Shown: positions 34,373-47,504 of the stretch, one piece after another
Layout of the letters: the number at the start of each line of letters is the position of its first letter
Position numbering within the stretch: position 1 is the stretch's first letter
NCBI RefSeq assembly: GCF_018350175.1
Contig: NC_058379.1
Span: 13,330,001-13,394,000, forward strand
Source of the DNA: Felis catus
Taxonomy: Eukaryota
Reading direction: 5' to 3'
DNA length: 64,000 bases
Made by a program: the position numbers and the translations under genes
Notes under the pieces: model-generated
Databases searched by the model: none
Told to the model about the DNA's origin: nothing
The model's input: the letters and a program-made list of their open reading frames with translations, nothing else

Positions 34373-35459
34373 AGTTGCTTTTGCTGTCTCAGGGTTCTCT
34401 TCTGGGATGATATCGAGCCATCTCCTAGTGAGGGCTGTGGTAGTGTTAGATATAACGCCAGGACTGGGTTGTGCGCATTGTCTGATACTCATCATAAAGA
34501 TATTAACAGCGGTAATTAATTATTCATATTAACCCAGAGGGAGACGGTCACACACACACCACTGAGGTAGGCGTGTGGGCCTTTTGCACCTTGTCGGTCA
34601 GTCCTTGGCTAGGGGCTGCTCCGGGAGTGAGGACAGACCAGGCGAGGCAGCACCCACTTGGTCGAGACACAGCGGAGGGCCCTGCACTGTTCCCGTAAAG
34701 CGGTCCTGCCAGGGCACCAACAGCATCCTTGAACTTCACATCCGGTGGACTCCCAGGCGCAGCAAAACGGCAGGTCCAGAAATCAAGTTTGCAAGCTAAG
34801 ACTCATAGATTTTCTGCTGAAGAGACCCTTGTCGGTGAGGTCTGGAGAGGTTCAGTCACTGGCCGCAGCTTTGGGGGTCACAAACTCCATGGCCGCGGGG
34901 ACCAGCCAGCAGAAACCAATGCCATCGGAGAAGACGATAAGGCCTGGTGGGGACTGTGGCAAACAGGAGAGAAGGAGCCCCCCTAACAAGACAGCAGCAG
35001 CCTGTTTCTCACAGCCGTGAGGGGAACAAGGACCCGGAGCTGCGGTCAGGGCCTCCGAGATCCTCCAGAGAAGCTGGAAATGCGTGTGTTTCGGTGTGTG
35101 TGTGTTTCATGGAAAATCTCTCAGTTTTGAAACATTGGCAACCGAACGGAGGTTCTTAAGAACAACGTATGAGCCAAGGAAAATATGTCAATAGGCTAGA
35201 CAGGGCCCTGGAGTCAGCAGCGTGCAATCTCTGGCCTCCGGCCCCACAGCACATCCCGACAGCCAGGGCTCCTGGGCCAAGGTGCTTTCTGTCAGGCCAG
35301 TAGAAGGACAAGAGGAGGGACGTGACAAGGGCGGAGGGGAAGAGGAGGGCCCCAGAGGAAGGGAACGGGAGTAGAAAACTGGGGAGAACCGCCAGGGCTT
35401 TGTACCCAGAGGCTCCAGTGTGATGTGGAAAGAGAAACCCCACGGCTCGCTGTTAGTTT

Positions 35460-36130
35460 GTTTGAATTGAGGTGAAATGCGTGTAATATAAAATTAACGA
35501 CTTTAAAACGTACAGTTGAGGGGCGCCTGGGTGGCGCAGTCGGTTAAGCGTCCGACTTCAGCCAGGTCACGATCTCGCGGTCCGTGAGTTCGAGCCCCGC
35601 ATCAGGCTCTGGGCTGATGGCTCGGAGCCTGGAGCCTGTTTCCGATTCTGTGTCTCCCTCTCTCTCTGCCCCTCCCCCGTTCATGCTCTGTCTCTCTCTG
35701 TCCCAAAAATAAATAAAAAACGTTGAAAAAAAAAAAAAAACTAAAACGTACAGTTGAGCGGCATTTCGTACACCCCCAATGTTGTACAACCCCTTACCGC
35801 TACCCAGTTCCAAAACCTTCTCCTCGCCCCCAGAGGAAACTCTGTGCCATGAAGCAGTCATTTCCTCCCCCTCCCTCCAGCCTCTGGTGACCGTGACCCT
35901 TTCTATCTCTGTGGATTTTCCCATTCTGGATAGTTCACACAAACGGGATCGTACGCCATGTGACCTCTGTGTCGGCACGATGCCTTCAAGATTTACTCAC
36001 GTTGTGCTGGGTGTCGGGGCTCTGCCCCTGTTCTCGGCTGCATGATAGTCCATTGCTTGGATGAGTCACATTTTGCTAATTCACCCGTTGACGGATATTT
36101 GGGCGTTTCCGCCTCGTGGCCACAGTGAAT
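35460..36130 (-). mobile_element. L1MA/MB 3' fragment
   Basis: ATTGAGGTGAAAT..TTAAAACGTACAG, CTATCTCTGTGGATTT.CCCATTCTGGA. Confidence 0.75.
35520..35741 (+). mobile_element. Young felid CanSINE
   Basis: Perfect TSD TAAAACGTACAGTTGA(G) at 35504 and 35742. Confidence 0.97.
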
Positions 36131-36982
36131 AGGTCCCAAGGCTCACTTTTCGAGGGGAGGTAACCCCACTCCGGAGTTAAGGGACACAGCACAGACCGAC
36201 CCTGTGTGCATTCTGTGTAGCAGGCACAGTGCTGTGGTCCCATGCTCACACCTTGATTTCTTTCAAAATCTGAAGACCGAGGACTTTCAGGGTCAAAGGA
36301 AAGGTTTTGATGTGGCCTGGATTACACTTGTCTGTAGCCACAAATGATCACCGTTGGAGGAAGTGGTCCACAAACGCCAAAGTGCCTAGGGACACACAAG
36401 TGGCCCTGGAGGGACATAGGAAAATCAAGGACTCTGGAGTCAGAAGAACCACAGGGGGACTCCCGCCTGCCCCACTCACTAGCCTTGTGAACGTACACGC
36501 AGGGCCGACTTCTGTGCTCCATTCGGGGTCGCCTCCCCTGCTACCAGAACAGGGCCTGGCACGTAATAGCCACTCAATAAACATGTTTTGAAAGAACTGA
36601 TCCGACAGAGATGAGTCCCTGGGCCTCTCTGCGCCTTGACTTCGTCATCCAAGGCCTGGGAAAGATAATCTTCATCTCTCAGGGTGGTATGGAGGGCAAG
36701 ACGCCTTTGCCCGGTGCCAGGGACTAGGAAGGCCTTCCAGAATTCACTTCCTTCCCTTTGTCTTCCAGCAGGATGAAGCTGACAGGCCCCTTACAAGAAG
36801 CAAATTTCCATCGAACCCGGGGTGCATTTGCTCTGTGTGTGTGTCAGACACGAGATATTCTGACATCTGGACGGAGGATCCCAGGGCCTGGAGAGAGGGG
36901 TTGATGGGCGGGCAAAGCCATGAAGAAAATGACAAGGAAATGGGTGTACCAGGGAAGGGTACACACGGGGGAGTGTGAGCAC

Positions 36983-37166
36983 CGTGTGCGCACATGTGTC
37001 CTGAGGTTGCATGAGCGCCCCTGCGTGGATGTGTGTGTGCGTCTGCGAGTGTCTGTAAATCCGTTTTGTGCGTGTGCGCGTGAGAACTGTGTGCGCACAC
37101 ACACGCATGAGCATGTTGGGCGCACGTGTGCACATGTGTGTGCGTGCACACGTGAGCATGCGCACG
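36983..37166. repeat. Degenerate (TG/CA/CG) alternating purine-pyrimidine tract
   Basis: Seen directly. Confidence 0.85.
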
Positions 37167-38439
37167 ATGGGGACAGGTGGTGGAAGGGAAGCAGGGGGGA
37201 GGAGGAGGGAGAGAAAAGCAGCCAGATGATCCCAGATTCAGAAATTCTGCTTTGACTGGAGCCACATTCCAGAAGGATGCTAGGGGCGGGCAGCGGGTGG
37301 GGTCTGAAAGGGGAGGTGGCCACGGCTGGGTTTTGTCTTGATGAGAGGAAATTCTTTGCCCGAGGCAACAGTCCCCCCTGGGGTGTGCCCTCCTCTGTGG
37401 GTGACTGGGAACTCCAGAGAGCCCAGCGACCCTCTTCAGACCCAATTTGCATTAGAAATCAATGTGGGTTTCTTTCTTTCTTCTCCCGAGGCCCTGAGAT
37501 GCCAAGTAATAATGATGCTTTTCAGACCACGGCTTCAAACTGCTTCGCTATGATTAGTCTCCTTTTAAACAGAGGAAAACTGGGGTGACTTGAGGGAACT
37601 CCACTGACGAGTCAAAGGGAGGCTGGAGCCTCCCTGCCTCGGTGACCCCAGGGGTCAAAGAGAGCTGGGCCTCACGCTGGGTCCCACTTACCTGGAAGCC
37701 ACGGCACAAGGAGGCCCTGCTGGGCTCTGGACAGAAGTAAATTGAGTCTCCTGTTGACGTCTCGAGGGCAAACCCTGCAGGCTGAGGAGGTAGGTTACCC
37801 GTGAGAACATTCCGGAAGACCTTCTGTGGTCGGCTCTGTCTGAAGGTAGCAGAGTGTCACGGAGTTAAGAGGCAGCCTATCGCTCAGAATGGGGTCTTGG
37901 GCCTGTGCGAGTGAACTTAGTTTCCTTGCCTGTGAAATGGGGACGGTGTCCATCTGCGGAGGGAGATTACTTGAGGCCTAAACAGATGTGGGAAAGTTCA
38001 GCGCAGTGCACGGCCCAGACCACACGTGTTCATCGTCAGAGTTATCATATCATGGTCATCATCATCACCTCCCCCAAGAACAGACTCTCCCTGGCAATGG
38101 AGATCCTGAGACTCTGAAAGCTCAGAGATTTGAGGGGGCCAGGAAAAGTCACCCCACCCTCCTGGGCCCCCTAGCGCAGTGTTGTTGAGGGGTGCGGTCA
38201 ACTTCGCAGGAACAAGATTTCCCGGTAGGAGGTCACTGTCCGCTGGCTTCTTGAGGAACCTCAGTCACGTGGGCTGAAGAGGTTCTGAGGAACCCAGTAT
38301 AAAGAGGTTTGACTTCAGGATGGGCTGTTTTTGCACTTACTCTCTTGAAAGAACTAGACTAAGGCTGTGTGTCCGCAGTCCCCAAAGAGATGATTTGGCG
38401 TGGGGGGAGTAGGTCCTGGAAAGGCACTGGGTATGGAGG

Positions 38440-38570
38440 GAACCCCAGAGTTCTGCAGACTGGGGTTCAAATGCCACCTCTGATGTGTCTCAGCTGTGTG
38501 AGCCCGAGCGAATGATGCTGCCGTTCCGAGCCTCAGTCACCTCGTCTGTAGTTGTACACTCTCACGGGGT
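38440..38570 (+). mobile_element. MIR fragment
   Basis: CAGACTGGGGTTCAAAT..AGCTGTGTGA..GAGCCTCAGT. Confidence 0.7.
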
Positions 38571-39529
38571 GACAAATATCAGACCACGGGCACCAAGTAG
38601 GAAGTCCAAAATGGCGGCTTTGTTGGTGGAAACCATTCAGTCAGTGAATGGACGGGTTTGACACAATCGAAACGATTCTCTACAGTGAATCCGGGGTTTG
38701 TTCAGTCCACGAACACAAAGAACCTGTTCTGTGCCAGCTCCTGGGAACTCACTGGGAAAAGGGAACAGGGCCACCGTCCAGTGAGAGCAGGGTGCAGCTG
38801 AACAGTGATAGCGCGATCTGATCCTCATGCCTCTCAGGAGAGACACTCGCTCAAACAGGGTGACACGCTCCTTCTCAGAGGCTTCCCTGGCAGGCCGGCC
38901 TCCTGGGAGGGCGGACCCAACCACAGAGTCTTGAGGGAACTGCTGTGGCCGTCCCTGGAGACACAGGGCAACGGCAGAGGCGTCTCCAATCCCCAACATT
39001 AAAACAGAAAAAGAAAAACGTCTCTGAGCTGTTGGCCGCGAGGGTGTCTCTGGACACGGGACTGCGTTTCGGAATACCGAAGGGCGGCCTTGCTCCTCAG
39101 AAGCCCAGGGGCCTCATGGGGTGGCCTGGTCTCTCTGAGGCAAAACTCCCCCGGCATCACACAACGTGGACACAAGGGCCACCGAGCCACCAGCTAGAAA
39201 GAAACTGTCGGCGTCATTCACTGACAGGAAGGAGCCTTTTTTCCCGCCCTCTGGACACACGGTACCTTTGCAGAGGCCTGAAGGGCGAGCTGGGGACAGA
39301 TTCCTGAGGAAAAGAAGTGGGAGGGGAAGGGACTGGTCACTTTGGCCTCTGGTTTCTCTCTCGTCAGGGGCCAGGAAGCAGCCTGGTCGTAGAGCTCCCT
39401 AGGTTTGGTTGTGGCAGAGAGATGACTACGGGTGGAGTTGGGACAACGCAGGACAGGGCATGCGGTGTGAGCAACCTCCCCAGCCTCTCCCAGGGCCCCC
39501 GGCACGAAACTCCGTCTTGCCAAAGTACC

Positions 39530-39651
39530 TGTGTTAGTCTCCCAGGACCGCTGTTCACAAAAATACCACAAACCGGGTGTTTTGTTTTAAATTAATTTTG
39601 AAGTTTATTTATTTTGAGAGACAGAGCCAGCAGAGAGGGGCGGGGGGGGGG

Positions 39652-39703
<52 letters not shown>

Positions 39704-40250
39704 CCCAAACAGGATCCACACCGTCAGCGCGGAGGCCGACGCGGGGCTTGAACGCACAAACTGTGAGACCGTGACCTGAGTCAAAACTAAGAGTAGGTGG
39801 CTTAACGGACGGGGCCACCCAGGCGCCCCCAAACTGGACGTTTTAAAACGACAGAAATGTGTTGTCTCACAGCTGTGGAAGCCAGGAGTCTGAAATCAAG
39901 ACATCAGCAGGGCCAGGATTCCCCCAAAGTCTCGAGAGGACGATCCTTCCTCTTCTAGCTTCTGGTCGCCGGCAGTGGCTGGCCTTCTGGGGATTACGGC
40001 TGCATCGCTCCAATCCCTGCCGTCATTGTCCCTTCCACGAATCCCCGTGTGTGTCTGGTTTCTGGGTCCAAACCGCCCTCTTCACGGAAGCGCACCAGAT
40101 CGGATGAGGACCCGTCCTACACCAGTATGAGCCCCTCTTAAGTAGTTACATCTGCAAATACTCTATTTCCAGATAAGGTCACATTCACAGGTTCGGCATG
40201 GACGTGAATCTGTGTGTATGCGGGGGGTCCCTACTGAACTCTGTCCAACA
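39530..40250 (-). mobile_element. MLT1C-like LTR (SINE-interrupted)
   Basis: TGTGTTAGT..ATACCACAAAC, GTCTGAAATCAAG, TTACATCTGCAAA..ATAAGGTCACATTCACAGGT. Confidence 0.85.
39590..39829 (-). mobile_element. CanSINE with expanded (GA)n and G run
   Basis: About 23 GA units; ends CCAGGCGCCCC. Confidence 0.93.
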
Positions 40251-40370
40251 ACCAAGCGGTAGAGTCATAAAGTCCTGGGATCAAATCCTGGCTTTGTCAC
40301 TAATGGGTTATGGACGTTGGGTCTGCTTCTTTTTTTCTTTTTTGGGGGAAGTTTTTTTTAATATTTATTT

Positions 40371-40591
40371 ATTTATTTATTTATTTTTCAACATTTATTT
40401 ATTTTTGGGACAGAGAGAGACAGAGCATGAACGGGGGAGGGGCAGAGAGAGAGGGAGACACAGAATGGGAAACAGGCTCCAGGCTCTGAGCCATCAGCCC
40501 AGAGCCCGACGCGGGGCTCGAACTCACGGACCGCGAGATCGTGACCTGGCTGAAGTCGGACGCTTAACCGACTGCGCCACCCAGGCGCCCC
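40371..40591 (-). mobile_element. Young felid CanSINE inserted in the tail of an older SINE
   Basis: TSD TTTAATATTTATTT at 40357 and 40592. Confidence 0.97.
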
Positions 40592-40810
40592 TTTAATATT
40601 TATTTTTGAGAGAGAGAGAGTGTGTGTGTGTGTGTGTGTGTGTGTGATTGGGGAGGGGTGGAGACAGAGGGAGAGGGAGAGAGAATCCCAACAGCCTCCA
40701 CGCTATCAGCACAGAGCCCGAGGCGGGGCTCAATCTCACAAGCCATGAGATCACGACCTGAGCCAAAGTCAAGAGTGGGACGCTTAACCGACTGAGCCAC
40801 CGAGGCACCA
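40592..40810 (-). mobile_element. Older CanSINE with (TG)n, itself inside a MIR
   Basis: Outer TSD TTGGG.CTGCTTCTT; MIR core CCTCATCGGAAGAATGAGG follows. Confidence 0.9.
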
Positions 40811-42014
40811 CTTGGGGCTGCTTCTTAACCTCTCCAGGCCTCTGATTCCTCATCGGAAGAATGAGGGCATCACGCATGCCCGACAGGGCTGTTGTCAGGA
40901 TTTGAGCGTGTGTATACAGAATAGATAGGAGATCTCACGAAACAGAAGTCTTTATGTTTCTTACTGTGGAAATCCGTCTTGGATCTGTCCACCCCCCGCA
41001 GCTGCTGTAAAGCTCTGGTTCCAGGTGTTTCCAACCCGACACACATCAGTGCCCCCTACACCTCCCGGGGGCCCTGGAGCATGAGCATGGACGCACGGGA
41101 AACCTCCTGTCCCTGTTGCTGCTGAGTTCCCTGGTGCACCTGCTTGTTTTCCGGGCAGAGGCCAGGAAATGGCATTCCCCACAAGGGAAAGAGTATGTCC
41201 AGGGGAAGACAAGGGGGCAGGAGGGTGTGATCCCAGCAGGGGAACATCCACAGGGTTCTTTCCATTGTTCCCAAGGTCCAGGCTTCCAGGTCGAGCGGGC
41301 AGGAGTGAGGCTGTCTTCAGACAGGAGGCCTCGCTCCCAGACCATGGTCTCTGGCTGCAGCCGCACCTAAACAGCTGTGTAGACATTATAAATCTCTCTC
41401 CTGGAGATGAGGCGCAGAGGCTCTCGACGTGTCCTGCTAATGGCAAATCTGTCAGCGCCCACAGCACAAGCTTTGGACGCTGAAAGCATCAAGGTGAGAC
41501 CGTCTGCCTCCCTCAAGCCTGTTAATTGTACCTGCAATCTATTGCCCTCCAAATGTGGAAGGCTGTCTCTTTCTACACTGACAGCACGAAGGGGGTTTTA
41601 ACTGCAAAGGAGGCTGTGCTCCAACTCCAATCTAAGTGCCCCTGAACCCGAGCTCTGACCTGCCAACTCTCTGCCCGGAGGAATCCCCCTTGGGCAAGAC
41701 ACGGGGTGATTTGGATGAGTTTAGGCCAGACGGTGTCCCCTCGGGGACTGTGGAGGTCTGCATGGCTTTTGTTTGGGAGCCTGTTTGCTTTTGGGTGGAG
41801 TCTTGTCTTTAAATCTTCGCTTTTCAAGGGGGAAAAAAAAGGGGTTCGGGTCCGAATTTATCACCCCATAGATGTATGACTTTGAACAATCCTTTCATCT
41901 TTTTTAGATTCCTCACTGCAGAAAGATGATTATCAAATCTTTCTTCCCAGCTAGAGACGGGGATGAAATGAGATATTCAATGGCCATCCATCAGAGTTTT
42001 AGTTGGAAACAACC

Positions 42015-42210
42015 TGTGGATTGCTGATAAATCAACTCTCCAGAAACAGAGAACTCTGGTTTATTGCACAGGCCAATTTCCGTGGTGTAAATACGCCCGT
42101 GGTGGCTGATTTTAAGGCACCCACATGACATCACAAGAATGAGGATCCGGAAAGGGCGGTGAACAACCGGTACTCCTGGGCTGACGTGAGCTGGCTTCAG
42201 CACGTCCCCG
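42015..42210 (-). mobile_element. MER63-like hAT-Blackjack MITE
   Basis: ATTTCCGTGGTGTAAATAC..TGGCTGATTT..GAGCTGGCTTCAGCAC. Confidence 0.75.
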
Positions 42211-42641
42211 AAGACAACAGCCACTGTTTGATTTTATCAGCAAGCAAATGTACCCAAAAGATAGGGCGGAGCTTGCAGAATTTCCAGTTGCCAACTCTGA
42301 CTTGGGAGTCTGTGTAGCCAGGAGTTATGCCCCGAAATCACCCCAGAAACAATCCGATAGTGAAGACGCTGCCGCTGTCCCCTCTGGCACAGATACAGTA
42401 ATAGGCTCCGTCGTCACCAACAATTCTGGACACCGGCCAACGCCACTAAAGCTAGAGACACTGGCATCCCTGCAAGCCACCTGGCAGCCGCCCCCACCCT
42501 GGCGAGCACGAAGAAGGCAAGTGAGGGTGTAGGGCTGGTTCCCTCCAACCAATAGCTTCCCACTTCATCTAGGAAGTTGCATGTGATTGGTAGAGCAAAG
42601 TCACATGTCTGTGCCCCAGCCGCGAGGGAGAAAGGGCGTAG

Positions 42642-43051
42642 GTATTTGTGCCCTGTAGCAGCGATAACAAATTACCAGCAACCTGGTGGTTTAAAACGAG
42701 GGAAATTGACTTGTAGTTCGGGGGGCCTGAAGTTCAAAATCTAAATGGCGGCAGGGCTGCCCTTCCTCTGAAGGTTCTAGGAAGGAAGGGATTCTTCTTA
42801 CAGCCACTCCAATCTCTCTGTCTTCACTCGGCCTTCTCTTCTCTTCCTCTGTGTCTCTCCTATGTGTGTCTCTTATAGAAACACTGATTGGATTTAGGGC
42901 CCATCTGGATCATCCAGGGAGAGCTCACCTTGAGATCCTTAACTTAATCACACCAGCAAAGATTCTTTTACCGAGCAAGGTCACATTCACAGGTTCTGGG
43001 GCTTAGGACATGGGCATATCTTTCGGGGGCCACACCGTTCAGCCCATTATA
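42642..43051 (-). mobile_element. MLT1C-like LTR
   Basis: TAACAAATTACCA, CCTCTGAAGG.TCTAGG, TTGGATTTAGGGCCCA, GAGATCCTTAACTTAAT. Confidence 0.85.
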
Positions 43052-43183
43052 GTGGGTAGCTGTCTGTACGTCCGGCCTCTGTAGCCAGCAGTGAGCTTTG
43101 CTTCACTGGAGGGCAAGTTCCTCAATTACAAGGAGGAGGTTCGGAGGCTGGGAAGTCAGAAAAACGTCCCGCCTCTTCTAGAA

Positions 43184-43399
43184 CCGGGGTCGCAAATGTT
43201 TTTGGTAAACGGTCAGAGAGCAAGTATTTTTTGCTTTGGGGTCATATGGTCACAGCTCCTCATCTCTGCTGTTAGAGCATAGACAGAGCTGTAGACATTT
43301 TGTAAACAAATGGGGGTGGCTGTGTTCCAATAAAACTTTATTTACAAAAGCAGGCATCTGTCCAGATTTGTCCCGAGGGCTGTAGATTGCTGACCCTTG
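43184..43399 (-). mobile_element. MER58A hAT-Charlie MITE
   Basis: GGCTGTGTTCCAATAAAACTTTATTTACAAAA; perfect 8-bp TSD TTCTAGAA at 43176 and 43400. Confidence 0.92.
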
Positions 43400-43590
43400 T
43401 TCTAGAACACGACGAAACCCAGCATGATGAGGGGCGAACGGCACCCCGTTAGGGGCGAATGACAGGTAACCCAGATGTCTATTCCTAGGGTAGTAAAACA
43501 TCACAAGAAGCTGTATCTGAAGTGGGGGTGGGGGTGGGGGAGGGAGGGAACAGGCAATGTGGTACTTGTAGTAAAAAACACATCAGTTTT

Positions 43591-43836
43591 TTTTTTGTTT
43601 TTTGTTTGTTTTTTTTTTTTTAATTTTTTTTTCAACGCTTATTTATTTTTTAGGACAGAGAGAGACAGAGCATGAACGGGGGAGGGGCAGAGAGAGAGGG
43701 AGACACAGAATCAGAAACAGGCTCCAGGCTCCGAGCCATCAGCCCAGAGCCTGACGCGGGGCTCGAACTCACGGACCGCGAGATCGTGACCTGGCTGAAG
43801 TCGGACGCTTAACCGACTGCGCCACCTAGGTGCCCC
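43591..43836 (-). mobile_element. Young felid CanSINE
   Basis: Perfect TSD AAAACACATCAGTTTT at 43575 and 43837. Confidence 0.97.
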
Positions 43837-43854
43837 AAAACACATCAGTTTTGA

Positions 43855-44060
43855 ATGCTGACAGATCTGGGTCCAAGACTCAGCCCCTCAGTGAGCCAAT
43901 AAGGCACCAGGGCCAGCGCCCTCACCTCTCGGAGCCTCAACTTTTTCATCTGTACAATGGGGAGAGTTAGAGCCATCCCGCGATTGTGAGGATTAAATGA
44001 GATAACATTTCTAAAAACATGGCACCTAGTGAACGCCCGGTAAACCAACGCTCAATCGAA
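43855..44060 (+). mobile_element. MIR
   Basis: GAGCCTCAA..TCATCTGTACAATGGGGA..TGTGAGGATTAAATGAGATAA. Confidence 0.85.
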
Positions 44061-44657
44061 TTTTTGAAAATCAACACACCCAAACATACATAATGAAGTA
44101 TGTGTGATCCTTCAAAGGAGGCCTCTGGGAGGCCAGCCAGGCTGCTGGGCACGACACGTTTTGGGCACCAGCTGCTGCTTAGCCTTTGACGCCTTGGCAG
44201 TTTCCTCAGACTGTCCTCCGTGGCGGCAGGTCTTCCTTCTTGGAGACTGGACTTGATTTCTGGACAGAGCCCAAAGCTAAATGGAGCCAGGTCTGATGAA
44301 CAAGGTAGAAGATGAAGCTGGCTGGGATCGCTTTGGGTGATAAAGACCCATGATTGCAAAATAATGAGCAGGGGTTACTTGTGTGGCTTGGAACCTGGCT
44401 CTGAAGGAAATCCCCAGAGAGGACTTCCGATAGTGCTCTGAGCACCGGTGGCCCGGTGGGAATAAGCGAAGGGCTGATTATGGCAGGGGAAACACCTTTT
44501 TGGAAGGGCAAGATCTGGGGTGTTTGTGGTCTTTTTATGTTATAGTCATACCTTACAGGATTTGTTTCTTCATTCACTCACTCATTCATTCATTCATTCA
44601 TCCCTAGCTCCAAGCTTGTAGTCGGAAACAGATACAATTCCAACAAAGAAGCATCTA

Positions 44658-44850
44658 GGGGCACCTGAGCGGCTTCAGTCGATTAAGCGTTAGACTCTTG
44701 GTTTTGGCTCGGGTCATAATCTCACAGTTCATGAGATCGAGCCCTACTGTGGGCTCTGCGCTGACCGTGTGGAGGCTGCTCGGGATTCTCTCTTTCCCTC
44801 TCTTTCTGCACACCCCCCTCAAAATAAATAAATAAACATTAAAAAAAAGA
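44658..44850 (+). mobile_element. CanSINE (older)
   Basis: Head, linker, tail. Confidence 0.92.
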
Positions 44851-46149
44851 AGAAACATCTGTGCTATGGTGGACTAGGCAAATGGGGCCTCAAGCGCTGT
44901 GCAGTGTGCAACCTGTACAATGGTATGTGTCAGCCTTACTTTATGGGAGAAAAAAAATAAGGATATGAGTTACATTCATAGGGCCAGGGAGGCATGTGAG
45001 CTGGATCATTAGGGAGTGAAGGGATTTTCAAGGCACAGGGGGTGGGGGAAGGGAACATCAGACTCAGGCACAGAGTGTACCAAAGCACGGAAAGGAGTAT
45101 GTGCAGTGAGGAAGTATGGCCAGTGGCTACCGAGACATCTGGCGGATTTGGGGAGGAGGCAGGCAGGCTGGGGGCAGCGAGGCTGAGGGGACTGAGTCAA
45201 GATCTCCCAGGGGGCTGCTGGGGGAGTCGGAGAGGTCCACAAATGTCAGACATTCCATTCCTCTGAGTTGGCCTCCCAGCCTCTGCCCCAGGGAGAGATT
45301 CGAGAAAGAACACCGGCCTCGGTGCGGCACACGTCTGGATCCCAGCTCTGTGGCCTGTAAGCTGTGTGTCGTCCCTCCGGTCACTTAACCTCTCTGAGCA
45401 GGAGTTTCCTAACTGCAAAATGGAGGTCCCAGTAATGTCTACTGCTGGGGGCGGGGGGAGGCGAGGGGGGGGATCTGGCAAGATACAGAGTCAGAGACCT
45501 AGTAGGTCTGGTCTCTGTCAACCTCCCATGAGGATGACAACCATGAAACCAACCATGAGGAAGACAGCACCAGTCCCCGGTAGGGAGAGTAAGCAGGTGA
45601 TTATTCTCACTTCCCAAAGTCCCTGGAAAGTTGGCCTCGGTCTCCACATTGCCCTCCTTAGCATTGGCATCAGAGAGCACTTTCCCTGCATTTAGCACCG
45701 CCCTGCTCCCTCAGAGGTCTTTTAAAATGCAAATCTGCCCCCTTGGTCCCCGAGCCTCAGGTAAACCGGTCAATGACTTTTATCAGCATATTCCATTTAC
45801 CCTGGAGCGGAAGGGTGGGGCGCAGAGAAGTGCGGAAGGGAGGAGGTGGGGGCTCACTTAATTCCCCCGTGGAGACATGGAGGGGAAGCTCCTGGGCCTG
45901 AAATCACAAGGATGAAAGTTAAGATTCCCCAAGGGCGTACCAAATTCCCCAGCGCGCGGGGGTGTGGCGTGGGGTCCAGCGGACGTCCCTCGTTTTCACT
46001 GGGTCTGTTCTATGTGCAGGGCTGGGACTGGAAGCAAGACTGGGACTCAGGCCCTGCCCTCGGGGGACAAACAGTCTGGCTGGAACACCAACCGTAAACA
46101 GATAAGTAAGGCACCGAGGGCAAGGTGGTGTCGTCATCGTTGTGTCCTG

Positions 46150-46355
46150 ATGGCCACCTGTTACTGAGCATTTACCCCGAGACAGGTCACACGCTGAGAA
46201 CCTTGTTACCTGTTATTTCTAACTGCGGGTGGCTGTTAGTAACCACTTTTTTGCAGGTGAGCAAACTGAGGCTCAGATCGACCACGACGTGCATTGCTCG
46301 GGGTCAGAAAGCCGGAAAGTGGTAGGGACTCCGACACCCAAGTTCTCGGCCAGAA
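46150..46355 (-). mobile_element. MIR
   Basis: TTACTGAGCATTTAC..TTTTGCAGGTGAGCAAACTGAGGCTCAGA. Confidence 0.75.
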
Positions 46356-46756
46356 CTGGAAGATCAGCCCACGTGTCTGAGCTCCAGAGAGGGGCTCCCT
46401 TTCTGCGTTTGGGTCTCACGTGGGAGAGAGACACGACGAAAAAAAGAGAGAACTGCAAATTTGAAGTAGCAAAGTATAAAAAGATGTACGAAACAAAGCC
46501 TCCTTTTAGGTGCAAAATGTGGAAGAATGCAAATCTCTCCGGTTTTAAAAAGGACATCTGTAACTGTATCATTTCCGGACCAAGTGGGGCCCCGAGTGAA
46601 ATTTAAATGGTGGTAAACAATTGCCCTGCGTTCGTGACATTTTAATGGATAAAGAGACACGCTCCCCATCCCCTTTCAGGGGTTTGCTTGGATTGTTTGA
46701 GTTTTAAGTGATGTAAAGATCCTCAAGAATAAACTCCTTGTAAAACTGCGACCTCC

Positions 46757-46943
46757 GGGGCCCACGGGCGGCTCAGTTGGTTAAGTGCCCCACTTTGGCT
46801 CAGGTATGATCTCATGGTTCGTGGGTTCGAGCCCCACACTGGGCTCTGCACCAAGGGGAGTCTGCTAAGCATTCTCTCTGCCCCTCCCTTGCTTGTGCTC
46901 TTTCTCTTTCTCAATAAATAAATGAAAACTCTTTAAAAAATTG
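46757..46943 (+). mobile_element. CanSINE (diverged)
   Basis: Perfect TSD AAAACTGCGACCTCC at 46742 and 46944. Confidence 0.92.
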
Positions 46944-47504
46944 AAAACTGCGACCTCCCTTAGGACCGTTTGTGCACACGTAAAAGAATACGTAACCCGT
47001 GTAAATTACAGGTCCCTGCGTGGCTCCTTCATGGACCTAGTTGCGTGCAACTTTAGCTCTCAAATTGCATTTCTCTACAAAGTCCTCCTCCCCACCTTCG
47101 CACGTCTGGGTTCAGTGGGATCCTACGGAGTCTAGTCAGAGACTAAAGATCTGTCTTGGGGGAGAAAGAGAAGAAGATGAGAAGCACCACATCGGTGGGC
47201 TGTAGAGTTCTAGCTCGTGGCTGCCCCCAGGTCTTACCCTCTTGCACTCTCTCTGTGCCCCACCGCACCTTGTGGATAAGCATTCCCAGCAGGGGGTCGT
47301 TCCCAAAGCACCCACCGCCTACCCTAGGCTGTCCCCTCTGCCTGGCTTGCCCATTTGCCCCTTTAGGAGTCGGCTCCGGCACTGTCCCCGACTGTCCATG
47401 TCCCTTCCCTAGTGCCCACCCCCCATCCTTCTTCTGCATTCCACCCCCAGCCCACCTGCTCCCGTGACAATGACCTGCAAAGCTTTGCGTATAGGTCACT
47501 TTTA

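Noticed and set aside
36744-37452. 233-aa and 202-aa His/Cys/Thr-rich ORFs
   Set aside because: Produced by the (CA/TG) low-complexity tract
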